Shown here one piece after another: positions 37,373 through 45,332 of a stretch of 64,000 nt of DNA. Origin of the DNA: Escherichia phage A51.2; the sequence record ON286973; one strand, given 5' to 3'. The first letter of the stretch is position 1. Each line of letters begins with the position of its first letter. The translations under genes and the position numbers were made by a program. The notes beneath the pieces are model-generated. The model did no database searches. It was not told the DNA's origin and worked only from the letters and a program-made list of their open reading frames with translations.

Positions 37373-37723
37373 TTATTTTGCATTCTTGCTTGTATTGCCG
37401 CCACGGTACCAACGTTTGCGGTGAAAATGGTAATAATCACCCTCGGCATTGAACATCAGATGATTTTCAATAACCAGCTTACGAAGGTGGGCCGGATCTT
37501 GTTCCATTCTTGCCAGATTCCGGCTGTTGTTACGTAAGCGGATAAATTCCATATTCAGGCCGTTGATTGCAGCATGGATGTCAAAGTAACCACCTTTGAG
37601 ACGTTCACGCATGGCGTTAAGCTCAACACAATATACAGATTTCTCACAAATCAAGGTATTAGCCAGGGCGCGGACCTGGGCAAGGGGGTTAAGCTCATTA
37701 AGGTAATATAGTTTTACTTTCAT
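37373..37723 (-). CDS. hypothetical protein
   Basis: 116-aa ORF. Confidence 0.45.
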   Translation of the reverse strand: MKVKLYYLNELNPLAQVRALANTLICEKSVYCVELNAMRERLKGGYFDIHAAINGLNMEFIRLRNNSRNLARMEQDPAHLRKLVIENHLMFNAEGDYYHFHRKRWYRGGNTSKNAK

Positions 37724-37740
37724 AAAATCACCTGCTGAAA

Positions 37741-38049
37741 TTAGTTTGAGAAAACATCGTTCACAATAGCGATCACAATGCCGCCCACCTTGTCACGGTC
37801 AACAATGCACAAATCACCATAGATCATGTGGTAGTCTGGATGATCTTTCACAGAATAGTCAATAAGTGTTTTCTTGTCGTCCAGCTTCGTAACTTCCATT
37901 CTCATAACGATATGAGAATCATCAAAGGCATTATTCCGGAAAGTCATAGCCTGACCACCAGGGCACCCGGTGATCTCCACTTCCACACCATCTACGATCT
38001 GACCATCAAAGAAATAAAGATTATTAGCCTGGATAAACATGTCTATCAC
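37741..38049 (-). CDS. hypothetical protein
   Basis: 102-aa ORF, RBS AAGGAG. Confidence 0.45.
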   Translation of the reverse strand: MIDMFIQANNLYFFDGQIVDGVEVEITGCPGGQAMTFRNNAFDDSHIVMRMEVTKLDDKKTLIDYSVKDHPDYHMIYGDLCIVDRDKVGGIVIAIVNDVFSN

Positions 38050-38086
38050 TCCTTGTTAACTGCGTGGTATTTTAACAGGGTTTAAA

Positions 38087-38130
38087 TTTACTTTATCGAT
38101 GGCCCTGAAGTCAAGGCCATCTAAAAATAA
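38087..38130. repeat. 44-bp intergenic repeat copy 1 (contains hairpin GATGGCC..GGCCATC and TTGACT)
   Basis: Near-identical to 41826-41869 and 42448-42491; lies directly 3' of gene 38134..38334. Confidence 0.85.
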
Positions 38131-38133
38131 ATT

Positions 38134-38334
38134 TTACAGGCCTACAATCTCTTTGATTCGTTTAACTGCTGCCTCAGCGCCTTGGGGGTAGAAATTATGA
38201 TAACCAATCACGCGAGTGATACTAATCGCCGTTTGATGATCTTCATAGTCGCCCTTGAAGATTTCTTGACCGTCAATCAGCACGGCAATTTTTTCTTCTT
38301 TTTTGAAGTTAATAACGCGGATATTGTTGCTCAT
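38134..38334 (-). CDS. hypothetical protein
   Basis: 66-aa ORF, RBS GAGGAG. Confidence 0.45.
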   Translation of the reverse strand: MSNNIRVINFKKEEKIAVLIDGQEIFKGDYEDHQTAISITRVIGYHNFYPQGAEAAVKRIKEIVGL

Positions 38335-38391
38335 CTTCTTTCTCCTCTTCGGGCTTTTGTTTGTGTGGTGGGGATGTTTCCCCGTTGATTG

Positions 38392-38421
38392 TTATTATCC
38401 ATATTGCGGACCGGATTGCAA
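38392..38421 (-). promoter_or_regulatory. promoter (TTGCAA-18-TAATAA) with CAATATGGATAATA motif and leader hairpin GGGGAAACATCCCC
   Basis: Same architecture as the 37225 promoter. Confidence 0.45.
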
Positions 38422-38439
38422 CACCCTGAAAGGGAAATT

Positions 38440-38472
38440 TTTTAAAAAGATAGGCCCCCATGATCGGGGGCC
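38440..38472 (-). terminator. intrinsic terminator (GGCCCCCGATCATGGGGGCC plus U-run)
   Basis: Hairpin followed on minus strand by TCTTTTTAAAAA. Confidence 0.55.
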
Positions 38473-38476
38473 GTTC

Positions 38477-38596
38477 TTAGTTACTTACAGCGATAAAGTA
38501 CATCCCTACGCCTAGCAATATTTCAAGGGCGATGATCTCAAGCCATACCATAACCCGGCGCGCCTTATCGGTACGGGGCTTATCCTTGGTTGTCAT
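38477..38596 (-). CDS. small membrane peptide (39 aa)
   Basis: RBS AAGGGGGAG; MTTKDKPRTDKARRVMVWLEIIALEILLGVGMYFIAVSN; speculative. Confidence 0.25.
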   Translation of the reverse strand: MTTKDKPRTDKARRVMVWLEIIALEILLGVGMYFIAVSN

Positions 38597-38838
38597 CGTC
38601 TCCCCCTTTCTTCCTGGTAGTAGTGACGTGGTTTACAATGGCCCCCAGGAGTACCATCACCACGCACATCCCAAGAAAAATTATCTCCGCTGTTGTTCGG
38701 TCCATTGTTATAAAATTCCTCAAGATCAGGCTTGAAAATAAAGCGTTCGTTATTGAATCCATCACGCCAGGCGGCTGGATTCAAATCTTCACTAAAGGGA
38801 TTAATTAACGTGGCATTATTTAAACGGTTGGCCCACAT
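38593..38838 (-). CDS. hypothetical protein
   Basis: Internal ATG with RBS AGAGGA; region has competing ORFs. Confidence 0.3.
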   Translation of the reverse strand: MWANRLNNATLINPFSEDLNPAAWRDGFNNERFIFKPDLEEFYNNGPNNSGDNFSWDVRGDGTPGGHCKPRHYYQEERGRR

Positions 38839-39187
38839 ATTTTCTATTCCTCTCAAATAGGCGATCCGCCTCAGTTAAACATATCTCATGGGCTTGATCT
38901 CTGGTTTTAGCCTCATCGAAAACTTGTTGTGCCAGGCTGCAGCGTAGGGAGACTGGAAGATCACTATAATAGGCGTTGACAAACGTTTGAGCGTCGTACA
39001 GGTCTGAAAATACTTTACCCTTTCTATTATTCCCCTTGTCAACAATTGCAAGGATAACCAATACAATAGTTGCAACCACTCCCAGGAAAATAGATATAAC
39101 AAACCATAGAAAAGCGGATCTACCCATCTTGCCAGCGATCCAGGCGTTGAACAAGGCAACTACTACAGCCAAAATAATAAATTCCAT
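38816..39187 (-). CDS. membrane protein (two TM segments)
   Basis: MEFIILAVVVALFNAWIAG and FLWFVISIFLGVVATIVLVILAIV; RBS AAGAGGT. Confidence 0.5.
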   Translation of the reverse strand: MEFIILAVVVALFNAWIAGKMGRSAFLWFVISIFLGVVATIVLVILAIVDKGNNRKGKVFSDLYDAQTFVNAYYSDLPVSLRCSLAQQVFDEAKTRDQAHEICLTEADRLFERNRKYVGQPFK

Positions 39188-39251
39188 TCTATGTACCTCT
39201 TTTGCAGTTCTGTTTAACAATAAGGCGGCAAATATGCCGCCTGTTACCTGA

Positions 39252-39632
39252 TTAAAAATTATCGCCGTAAATCTTTCCGCTTTCTGCCCACACCACCACG
39301 CGGGGCATGTTATCCCATACGTCTTGTTTTAGATTTAACGCGTGCAATTCTTCTGTGGTGCTCATACCAGGCACGGGCTGATTGTATACTGCAAAACGAC
39401 CACCTGCATAATCATAAGCTAAAGTCAAATCGCACTGAATCATTTTCTTGATCATGGCGTTGAGCATAGCATTAGCCGCATATTGATCACGTTTTAAAGG
39501 CAACTCTTTGATTAGTTTGCGATAGTTTTCAATGTGATCGCACACTGTTTCACGTGGAAGATCTTTCATATCCTCGCGAAAGGTAACCAGGTTAAACATA
39601 ACGGTGTCAATAGCTTTAGTAGTGTTTTTCAT
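39252..39632 (-). CDS. hypothetical protein
   Basis: ATG 39632 after leader hairpin and RBS AAAGAGGA; ORF-track start 39668 reads through the hairpin. Confidence 0.45.
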   Translation of the reverse strand: MKNTTKAIDTVMFNLVTFREDMKDLPRETVCDHIENYRKLIKELPLKRDQYAANAMLNAMIKKMIQCDLTLAYDYAGGRFAVYNQPVPGMSTTEELHALNLKQDVWDNMPRVVVWAESGKIYGDNF

Positions 39633-39683
39633 GATGTTTTCCTCTTTGTTTTGTGTGGGGCAAGTCATCTCGCCCCTTGAGTT

Positions 39684-39713
39684 TTAATATAGCAGGTTTT
39701 TAAATTATTGCAA
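39684..39713 (-). promoter_or_regulatory. promoter (TTGCAA-18-TATTAA) plus leader hairpin GGGGCGAGATGACTTGCCCC
   Basis: Minus-strand hexamers; hairpin 39657-39676. Confidence 0.45.
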
Positions 39714-39721
39714 CACTTTAT

Positions 39722-40345
39722 TTATGAAAAACTCATCTCACCATATTCATCTACATCAAACCGCCAATCATTGGCTTCAATAAGGCCGATCAGGTTTTCG
39801 GTAGTAAACTGTTCAAGATAGGCCTCCTCAAGGTCTACATAAACCTTGCGGGATAGCTCCCGTACCGTCTCGGTGATCAGCTCTTCCAGATCTTCCACTT
39901 TATTTTCTTGTTTTGCGGTCAGATCTAGCCAGGTAGTATCAATATATCCGCTTACAGTGTTTTCATGGCTGTAATGGCTGTACTTGTCGCGTTCAACACT
40001 GGCTGATAGTTCGCCATCGTGCATTGTGCCGAACAAGTGACGAATTGATCGGAACTTGGTCAGGGCCTTGACTTTACGCAAGAATTTCTCTAAGTCTACA
40101 TTTTCAGCACTAATTGACGCGCCATCGCCTTGACACCAAAAGCCGGACCAATGTACATCGGTATCTTCAAGGCCGTACTCTGGAAAAACCTGTTCTTTAT
40201 AGTATTCAATTACACTTTCTGCAAAAAAGTTATCCCCGCTGTGTTCTTCTCTTTCGCGGACCATTTCAATAGCTTTTTCTTTTTGTTCGTCGGTCAGCAC
40301 GTCGAAAGATAAATTGTAACCTGTGGTAATGTTAACGGTGGTCAT
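39722..40345 (-). CDS. hypothetical acidic protein (207 aa)
   Basis: Largest ORF of the small-gene cluster; no recognised motif. Confidence 0.5.
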   Translation of the reverse strand: MTTVNITTGYNLSFDVLTDEQKEKAIEMVREREEHSGDNFFAESVIEYYKEQVFPEYGLEDTDVHWSGFWCQGDGASISAENVDLEKFLRKVKALTKFRSIRHLFGTMHDGELSASVERDKYSHYSHENTVSGYIDTTWLDLTAKQENKVEDLEELITETVRELSRKVYVDLEEAYLEQFTTENLIGLIEANDWRFDVDEYGEMSFS

Positions 40346-40373
40346 GATATTTTCTCCTATTTTCTTTGTTAGT

Positions 40374-40430
40374 GGCGGGAAAACTTCCCGCCTGTGTGTT
40401 TAAGTATACTTATTGAGATTTACTTGTCAA
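40374..40430 (-). promoter_or_regulatory. promoter-hairpin module: TTGACA-16-TATACT-TAAACAC then GGCGGGAAGTTTTCCCGCC
   Basis: One of three near-identical modules (with 42239-42292 and 42918-42974). Confidence 0.55.
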
Positions 40431-40680
40431 CACTATTTTTTAAATTATTGTGGCGTAAAATGTTCAAGATCTCTTCAACGTCATCAACACGGCGGCAATT
40501 TTTAAACGCTACCAGTTGCCCCAGTATTTTAATCACTGGACGGCCTTGCCAGTGCCCTTGGAGAAAGCGAGCTTTAACTTTATCGGTGGAACTATCACGC
40601 CACCAAATGGCCTTGTTGTTGCAGTAGTAAAAATTATTCAGGACAACATCAACTTTATCAAAATTTTTTAATTTACGCAT
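40420..40680 (-). CDS. hypothetical protein
   Basis: 86-aa ORF. Confidence 0.45.
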   Translation of the reverse strand: MRKLKNFDKVDVVLNNFYYCNNKAIWWRDSSTDKVKARFLQGHWQGRPVIKILGQLVAFKNCRRVDDVEEILNILRHNNLKNSVDK

Positions 40681-40880
40681 GGCGTTTACTCCTTTCTCTC
40701 TTTGATGTGGTTAGTATAGCTAACCTGTTTAAGATGTCAAGCTTTAAATAAAATCACTATCAATGATATTTTTAACGCCATAAAACGGCCCTAAGCGATG
40801 TTTTCAGGTTAAAGGGGGCGATTGCATAGGTGGGGCCTTTTTGGCGCTTACAGGGCCAACCGGGGGCGCTATTCGTAGGA

Positions 40881-40912
40881 TAGAAATAAAAAGCCCCGCA
40901 CAATGGCGGGGC
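40881..40912 (-). terminator. intrinsic terminator (GCCCCGCCATTGTGCGGGGC plus U-run)
   Basis: Hairpin followed on minus strand by TTTTTATTTC. Confidence 0.6.
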
Positions 40913-40920
40913 GTTGGTTG

Positions 40921-41118
40921 TTATTTGCCTTTGTGGCGGTATCGTTCCGCCTGTCGTTCACGTTCCAAAAGCAGGCCCGGTAATTTGCGATCATAATGAT
41001 TCCGCCAGATCTTCCCAAATCTTTTTGGCTTATTCAGTTTATTGTTGCGCTGGCGGCGTTCCGGCAGCTCTTCGGAAGCATGAGATCGCTTTACAATCTT
41101 CTCAAAATTAATCTTCAT
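40921..41118 (-). CDS. hypothetical basic protein
   Basis: ATG 41118 after AAGGGGGG; Arg/Lys-rich. Confidence 0.4.
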   Translation of the reverse strand: MKINFEKIVKRSHASEELPERRQRNNKLNKPKRFGKIWRNHYDRKLPGLLLERERQAERYRHKGK

Positions 41119-41461
41119 ATATTCCCCCCTTGCTAACTTCAATATTGGCCTGAATAGCCCGGATACGGCGCTTTATAACTTCCTGATCTGTGTGATCGTA
41201 TCCCCAAAAGTCTACGATTTTTGCGCCTCCAGCCTTTAGGCGGTATAGTGTTTCTTGCATCTTGTAAGCCGGGATCGGTCGCGGTGTTACCTGGTCGCCC
41301 TTCTCATTCTTGTACTTGATAATATAGTCTTCATTGTCGTTGAATACCCAAAACGGGTATTCTGTAAGGGCGTTGCTATCTTTTTCGTTTTTAGATTGGA
41401 TCTTGTTTACAATTAAAGCCGTAGCAATAGCGCCAATAATAAAACTTGCCCCGCTGATCAT
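41108..41461 (-). CDS. membrane-anchored protein (N-terminal TM)
   Basis: ATG 41461 after AAAGGAGA; MISGASFIIGAIATALIV. Confidence 0.45.
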   Translation of the reverse strand: MISGASFIIGAIATALIVNKIQSKNEKDSNALTEYPFWVFNDNEDYIIKYKNEKGDQVTPRPIPAYKMQETLYRLKAGGAKIVDFWGYDHTDQEVIKRRIRAIQANIEVSKGGIYED

Positions 41462-41536
41462 GTACTTTCTCCTTTCATTGTATTGATAAACTATCTTTAT
41501 AGATGGCCCTGCTACCAGGACCACCGAAAAAACAGC

Positions 41537-41782
41537 TTATTTGACGATACCGACAAAACAGATCCCGCCTTCCCCTATATAGGCAATATCGGTAATTTTA
41601 TAATTTGTCAAGATCCGCGTGTTCAGATCATTAATAAAATCGGTCATCGCGTTGGTGTAGTTGTCTTCCGTGTCTAAGGCATAATCCCAGGTGTAAACCT
41701 TTTTACGTCCGAAGCCTTTTACCATGATACGGGCGCTTTTGGTGTTGGTAGGGGCATAATATTTGGTGATTAGTGCTGCCAT
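41537..41782 (-). CDS. hypothetical protein
   Basis: 81-aa ORF, RBS AGAGGAG. Confidence 0.45.
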   Translation of the reverse strand: MAALITKYYAPTNTKSARIMVKGFGRKKVYTWDYALDTEDNYTNAMTDFINDLNTRILTNYKITDIAYIGEGGICFVGIVK

Positions 41783-41825
41783 GGTTTTAACTCCTCTGAA
41801 TTAGTTCAGTGTTAACAGTATAAAG

Positions 41826-41869
41826 TTTACTTTATTGATGGCCCTGGAGTCAAGGCCATCTAAAAATAA
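41826..41869. repeat. 44-bp intergenic repeat copy 2
   Basis: TTTACTTTATTGATGGCCCTGGAGTCAAGGCCATCTAAAAATAA, directly 3' of gene 41872..42213. Confidence 0.85.
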
Positions 41870-41871
41870 TC

Positions 41872-42213
41872 TTACTCGTTTTCTTCCAGCTCCGCAAGCT
41901 CTTCTTTTGCTTCTTCTAACTCTGTCTGTAGTTCCTGGTATTCTTCATCTTCCTCAATATCCAGGCTGTCGATGTAGTCGCTAAATCCGCAGCGGTAAGC
42001 GATAGGATCTAGCTCCTTGAGGATACGCGACGGAAGAAAAGAAATGTTTCCGATCATAATTTCGCCGTAGATCTCGTCTAACCATTCATCATAGTTTTCG
42101 TCGTACTTGTCCTCGTCGATTTCAAAGTTATCGATCTTGTTCTCAAGGTCTGCGATCTGTTTTTTCAGCGCGGCGATCTGCATAGCTTTTTCTGCGGCGG
42201 TCATAGTAGTCAT
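41872..42213 (-). CDS. hypothetical acidic coiled-coil protein
   Basis: 113-aa ORF. Confidence 0.45.
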   Translation of the reverse strand: MTTMTAAEKAMQIAALKKQIADLENKIDNFEIDEDKYDENYDEWLDEIYGEIMIGNISFLPSRILKELDPIAYRCGFSDYIDSLDIEEDEEYQELQTELEEAKEELAELEENE

Positions 42214-42238
42214 GGTGTTTTCTCCTTTTGTGTGCTCT

Positions 42239-42292
42239 GGGAAGTTTTCCCGTTTACGTGTTTAAGTATATCGATCTAAGTTAGTTTGTCAA
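42239..42292 (-). promoter_or_regulatory. promoter-hairpin module: TTGACA-16-TATACT-TAAACAC then GGGAAAACTTCCC
   Basis: Same architecture as 40374-40430. Confidence 0.55.
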
Positions 42293-42447
42293 TTAAAAAT
42301 TTAAGAAAAATTTTGCAAAACTGTTAGCGCTACTCATTAACATTTGCGCCAGGATGTAACCGACAACGCAAACGATAATAGTTACCTTTGTGTATTGGCG
42401 TGTAGTGCTCATCTTAAAGCCCCCTTTTTTCGCTTAGTTGAGATTAG

Positions 42448-42491
42448 TTTACTTTATTGATGGCCCTGAAGTCAAGGCCATCTAAAAATAA
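42448..42491. repeat. 44-bp intergenic repeat copy 3
   Basis: TTTACTTTATTGATGGCCCTGAAGTCAAGGCCATCTAAAAATAA, directly 3' of gene 42494..42898. Confidence 0.85.
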
Positions 42492-42493
42492 AC

Positions 42494-42898
42494 TTAGTAA
42501 GTTTTCAGTACTTTACCGTCCAACCTGTCAAGCTGGATCTCGATAGCTGCAGAAAACCTATTGTAAACCACATCGCCCATAGAATCCAACCAGTCTATGA
42601 TATTATACACTTGCTCTTTGTTCTTGCAGGTCCGGATCCGTTTCATGATGTAAGCCGGATCAATATTGGTACTCTCGTTGGTGTTCCCCTGTACCTGGTT
42701 TGCCGTATTAGTTACATCTTTAATGGCCTTTACCACCACCTGGAATGGCTTTAAGGTGCCTTTTGCGTTCATCTCACGCGCTTTTGCGGCGCGGTTGTTA
42801 TATGTTACACAACGGCGGCAAATGTTGATCAAATGCATGTCAATAATTTTTTCATCGTTTGCCAACTCGTTCATGATGCGGCGTACGTTCTTATTCAT
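42494..42898 (-). CDS. hypothetical protein
   Basis: 134-aa ORF downstream of promoter-hairpin module. Confidence 0.45.
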   Translation of the reverse strand: MNKNVRRIMNELANDEKIIDMHLINICRRCVTYNNRAAKAREMNAKGTLKPFQVVVKAIKDVTNTANQVQGNTNESTNIDPAYIMKRIRTCKNKEQVYNIIDWLDSMGDVVYNRFSAAIEIQLDRLDGKVLKTY

Positions 42899-42917
42899 GA
42901 TCTTTTTCCTTTGTGCT

Positions 42918-42974
42918 GGCGGGAAACATTCCCGCCTTTTGTGTCTAGTTTACTTGAATTTTGCAGCGTGTCAA
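42918..42974 (-). promoter_or_regulatory. promoter-hairpin module: TTGACA-16-TAAACT then GGCGGGAATGTTTCCCGCC
   Basis: Same architecture as 40374-40430. Confidence 0.55.
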
Positions 42975-42986
42975 TAATTTTTTTTT

Positions 42987-43385
42987 TTATTCGTGGGCAC
43001 ATGTTACAATGTGCTTTTTATAGCCTAGGTGGTCAGCAAGTGCTGACAAAAACTCTTCTTCGTAGATCCAGCCGTTGGCAGTGATCCCCATAGCATTTAA
43101 TGCGCTCTCAAGTGCTGCGTTAGCTTTATCATAACCGTGACCGCTCGCCTTGCCGCCAGTATAGCCGTACTTATTGTTCTTGTTGTCGTGTATCCAAAAA
43201 ACGCAGTAGTAAGTGTTCCCGCTGTCGGCGGCATAATACCGGATCTCAGCTACTTCGTGCAAATTATTGTCATCGTCCAGGCCCACCAGATTATAAGCCT
43301 TGTAAAATCCACGATCACGGCGGCAGTTCTTGACATCAGAAAAAGAAAAGTCTGCATTATCAAAATTAAAGGTAGTGGTTTTCAT
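42987..43385 (-). CDS. hypothetical protein
   Basis: 132-aa ORF. Confidence 0.45.
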   Translation of the reverse strand: MKTTTFNFDNADFSFSDVKNCRRDRGFYKAYNLVGLDDDNNLHEVAEIRYYAADSGNTYYCVFWIHDNKNNKYGYTGGKASGHGYDKANAALESALNAMGITANGWIYEEEFLSALADHLGYKKHIVTCAHE

Positions 43386-43449
43386 GATTTTATCCTCTTA
43401 GTGTCTTTTGTGCTTTTAGTGTATTTGGTGTCGGACTATATGTCAATAC

Positions 43450-43647
43450 TTATTTTTTATTAAACCAGTGGTTGATCTGACCTTTTGTCAGGGCGCAACG
43501 ATTAAGCTGTTGCAGGGTATAGCTATGACCGCGACGAAATTTATAAAGGCCTTGCCCGTTGTTGATGGTTACATCCACCCGGCAAATCACTTGATTGGTG
43601 ACCACCTGGCGAGTGTTGCGACGTACTTTGATCCCGTATGCGTTCAT
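43450..43647 (-). CDS. hypothetical basic protein
   Basis: ATG 43647 after AAGAGGA; ORF-track start 43725 probably an extension. Confidence 0.4.
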   Translation of the reverse strand: MNAYGIKVRRNTRQVVTNQVICRVDVTINNGQGLYKFRRGHSYTLQQLNRCALTKGQINHWFNKK

Positions 43648-43943
43648 AAATTTATCCTCTTTACTGGTTAGTGCGGTGTTGTTCACCTTGTAGGGTAATA
43701 ATACCATGATTAACCTTGTTGTCAACGACTATTTTAAATTATTTTTATGATAGAATCCACCTGCCGCCGCCCTGCCAGGTTAACCATCATTTTTTCGTAC
43801 TCTTCTTTATGTTCCAACGCTCCCGCCATGGCCTTTTCAACCAGGGCGATAGCCTCAGCGTCATTAATAGCTACATTTTCCAGGCTGGCCCCGCCAGGTT
43901 GCAGCGGTTAGCGCATCAGGTTAGAAAAATTTTTTGAAAAGTG

Positions 43944-43972
43944 TTGACAGCGGCCCCGCCAGGTGGCACAAT
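43944..43972 (+). promoter_or_regulatory. possible promoter (TTGACA-17-CACAAT) reading into GC-rich element
   Basis: Good -35, moderate -10; no ORF downstream. Confidence 0.3.
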
Positions 43973-44141
43973 ATACCTATCGAAAGGACGGCAGGCACCG
44001 GTGACGGGGGAGACAACCACCGGGGATGGGCGCTGCATAAAATGAGAACGGTTATCATTATCATTTAAAAATTTATGCAAAAAATCCTTGCTTTCTTTGT
44101 CCTGTGTGATACTATAATAACAAGCCGGGGCAACAGGGGCC

Positions 44142-44164
44142 GGGAGACAATCACCGGGCCTGCC
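44142..44164. repeat. 23-bp repeat GGGAGACAATCACCGGGCCTGCC (plus orientation); variant copy at 44008-44025
   Basis: Identical to reverse complement of 34517-34539; preceded by TATAAT at 44114. Confidence 0.85.
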
Positions 44165-44397
44165 CGTTATTCTGCAAACGAGAATGATTATCATTCAAAA
44201 TTCTAAATGAGAACTCCTCGCATTTAATAAATTTAATTAGCACGCTAATTACCCTCCGTAACAATTTCCTATAAAACAGTATCCCATAAAATATTCCCGT
44301 ATAGAAATTTTAAAAATCCATTTCTGAAAACGAAAAATCGATTTCGTCCCCAAAAATTTTAGGCCAAGAGCCGGAGCGATTTCCAGAAAATCCGATT

Positions 44398-44488
44398 CAG
44401 AAAACGAAAAACAGATCGAGTACTGAGAAATTTATCGAGAAAAATTTTCAGAAAATTCAATCTTTGAAACGAAAAACAGATCGAGTAC
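44398..44488. repeat. direct repeats: ACGAAAAACAGATCGAGTAC x2 at 65-bp period, degenerate third copy at 44326
   Basis: Perfect 20-bp copies at 44404-44423 and 44469-44488 in AT-rich non-coding DNA. Confidence 0.8.
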
Positions 44489-44799
44489 CTGGAAAGCTGC
44501 ACCGCAACTTCAAGATAGTGGTTGGATTATTGCTATAAAAGGTCAAGGGTAAGTGGAGGAAGTTCTAGTAGCGAGATGTAAGCATGTGCGGGAAATCTAT
44601 AATGGTGGTCTGGAATATGGTGCAAACGGTAGGATGAGTGATTCAGCTTGTCGCGCCTACTCTGAAAAATCCATTTTAGTTTTCGATCCATTTTCTGATT
44701 TTCTAAGGATTTTAAAATATCCTGGCAGGTAAAATATCAAAAGGAGGAAATCCATTTTAGAAATCCTCCTGATCTCTGGCAACCTGATAACTTAAAATA

Positions 44800-45132
44800 T
44801 CAGGCTCCCAGTGTGTTCTTTCCTTTGTACAACCTTAAGGGTATAGTTTTTGTAACAGTCCATCTCCCCAGCCCTTCCCAGTTCCAGTTGTAGGCATGGT
44901 ACCCGGTTACGCATGCACTGCTAGAGTGGTCATAGGCATAAGAGAACGCTATACGCACCAAATGGAACCAGTCTTTCCACGGTTGTGGTCCGTAAGCTTT
45001 TCTCCAACACCGACACAAACTAAATGTCTCAAGAATAGGCAGGATAACAAATCCATACACCGCCACCAGAATAGCCAGCGCAATGATTGTCAGGAATACA
45101 TACCCTGCAGTTGAAACGATGATCTCTGTCAT
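44800..45132 (-). CDS. membrane protein (N-terminal TM segments)
   Basis: VFLTIIALAILVAVYGFVILPIL. Confidence 0.45.
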   Translation of the reverse strand: MTEIIVSTAGYVFLTIIALAILVAVYGFVILPILETFSLCRCWRKAYGPQPWKDWFHLVRIAFSYAYDHSSSACVTGYHAYNWNWEGLGRWTVTKTIPLRLYKGKNTLGA

Positions 45133-45332
45133 TTGTCGTCCCCTTTCTTACGGATATAGATGTGAGAACCTGCCTGTATATAAATTTCTCGACCATCTTC
45201 TGCGAAGATGTGGAATACACGGTCACCTTCGTACTCAATACGAGATATCTTCATAATGGTCTTTCCACCTGGGATACGGATCTCGTCCCCCACAGCGATG
45301 TTCCATGCAGATTTAAGCTTAAACATCTGCAC
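45129..45332 (-). CDS. hypothetical protein
   Basis: 67-aa ORF. Confidence 0.4.
   Translation of the reverse strand: MQMFKLKSAWNIAVGDEIRIPGGKTIMKISRIEYEGDRVFHIFAEDGREIYIQAGSHIYIRKKGDDK

Noticed and set aside
38580-38765. Alternative minus-strand ORF 38580..38765 (61 aa)
   Set aside because: It competes with two better-supported frames that have RBSs (38477..38596 and 38593..38838); coding assignment here stays uncertain
43916-44194. Minus-strand 92-aa ORF 43916..44194 and plus-strand ORF 43716..43937
   Set aside because: They span promoter-like sequences and the 23-bp repeat in a repeat-rich non-coding island; no RBS
44300-44500. Possible CRISPR array (direct repeats at about 65-bp period)
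   Set aside because: Only two perfect copies and one degenerate copy, A-rich and non-palindromic, no cas genes or leader
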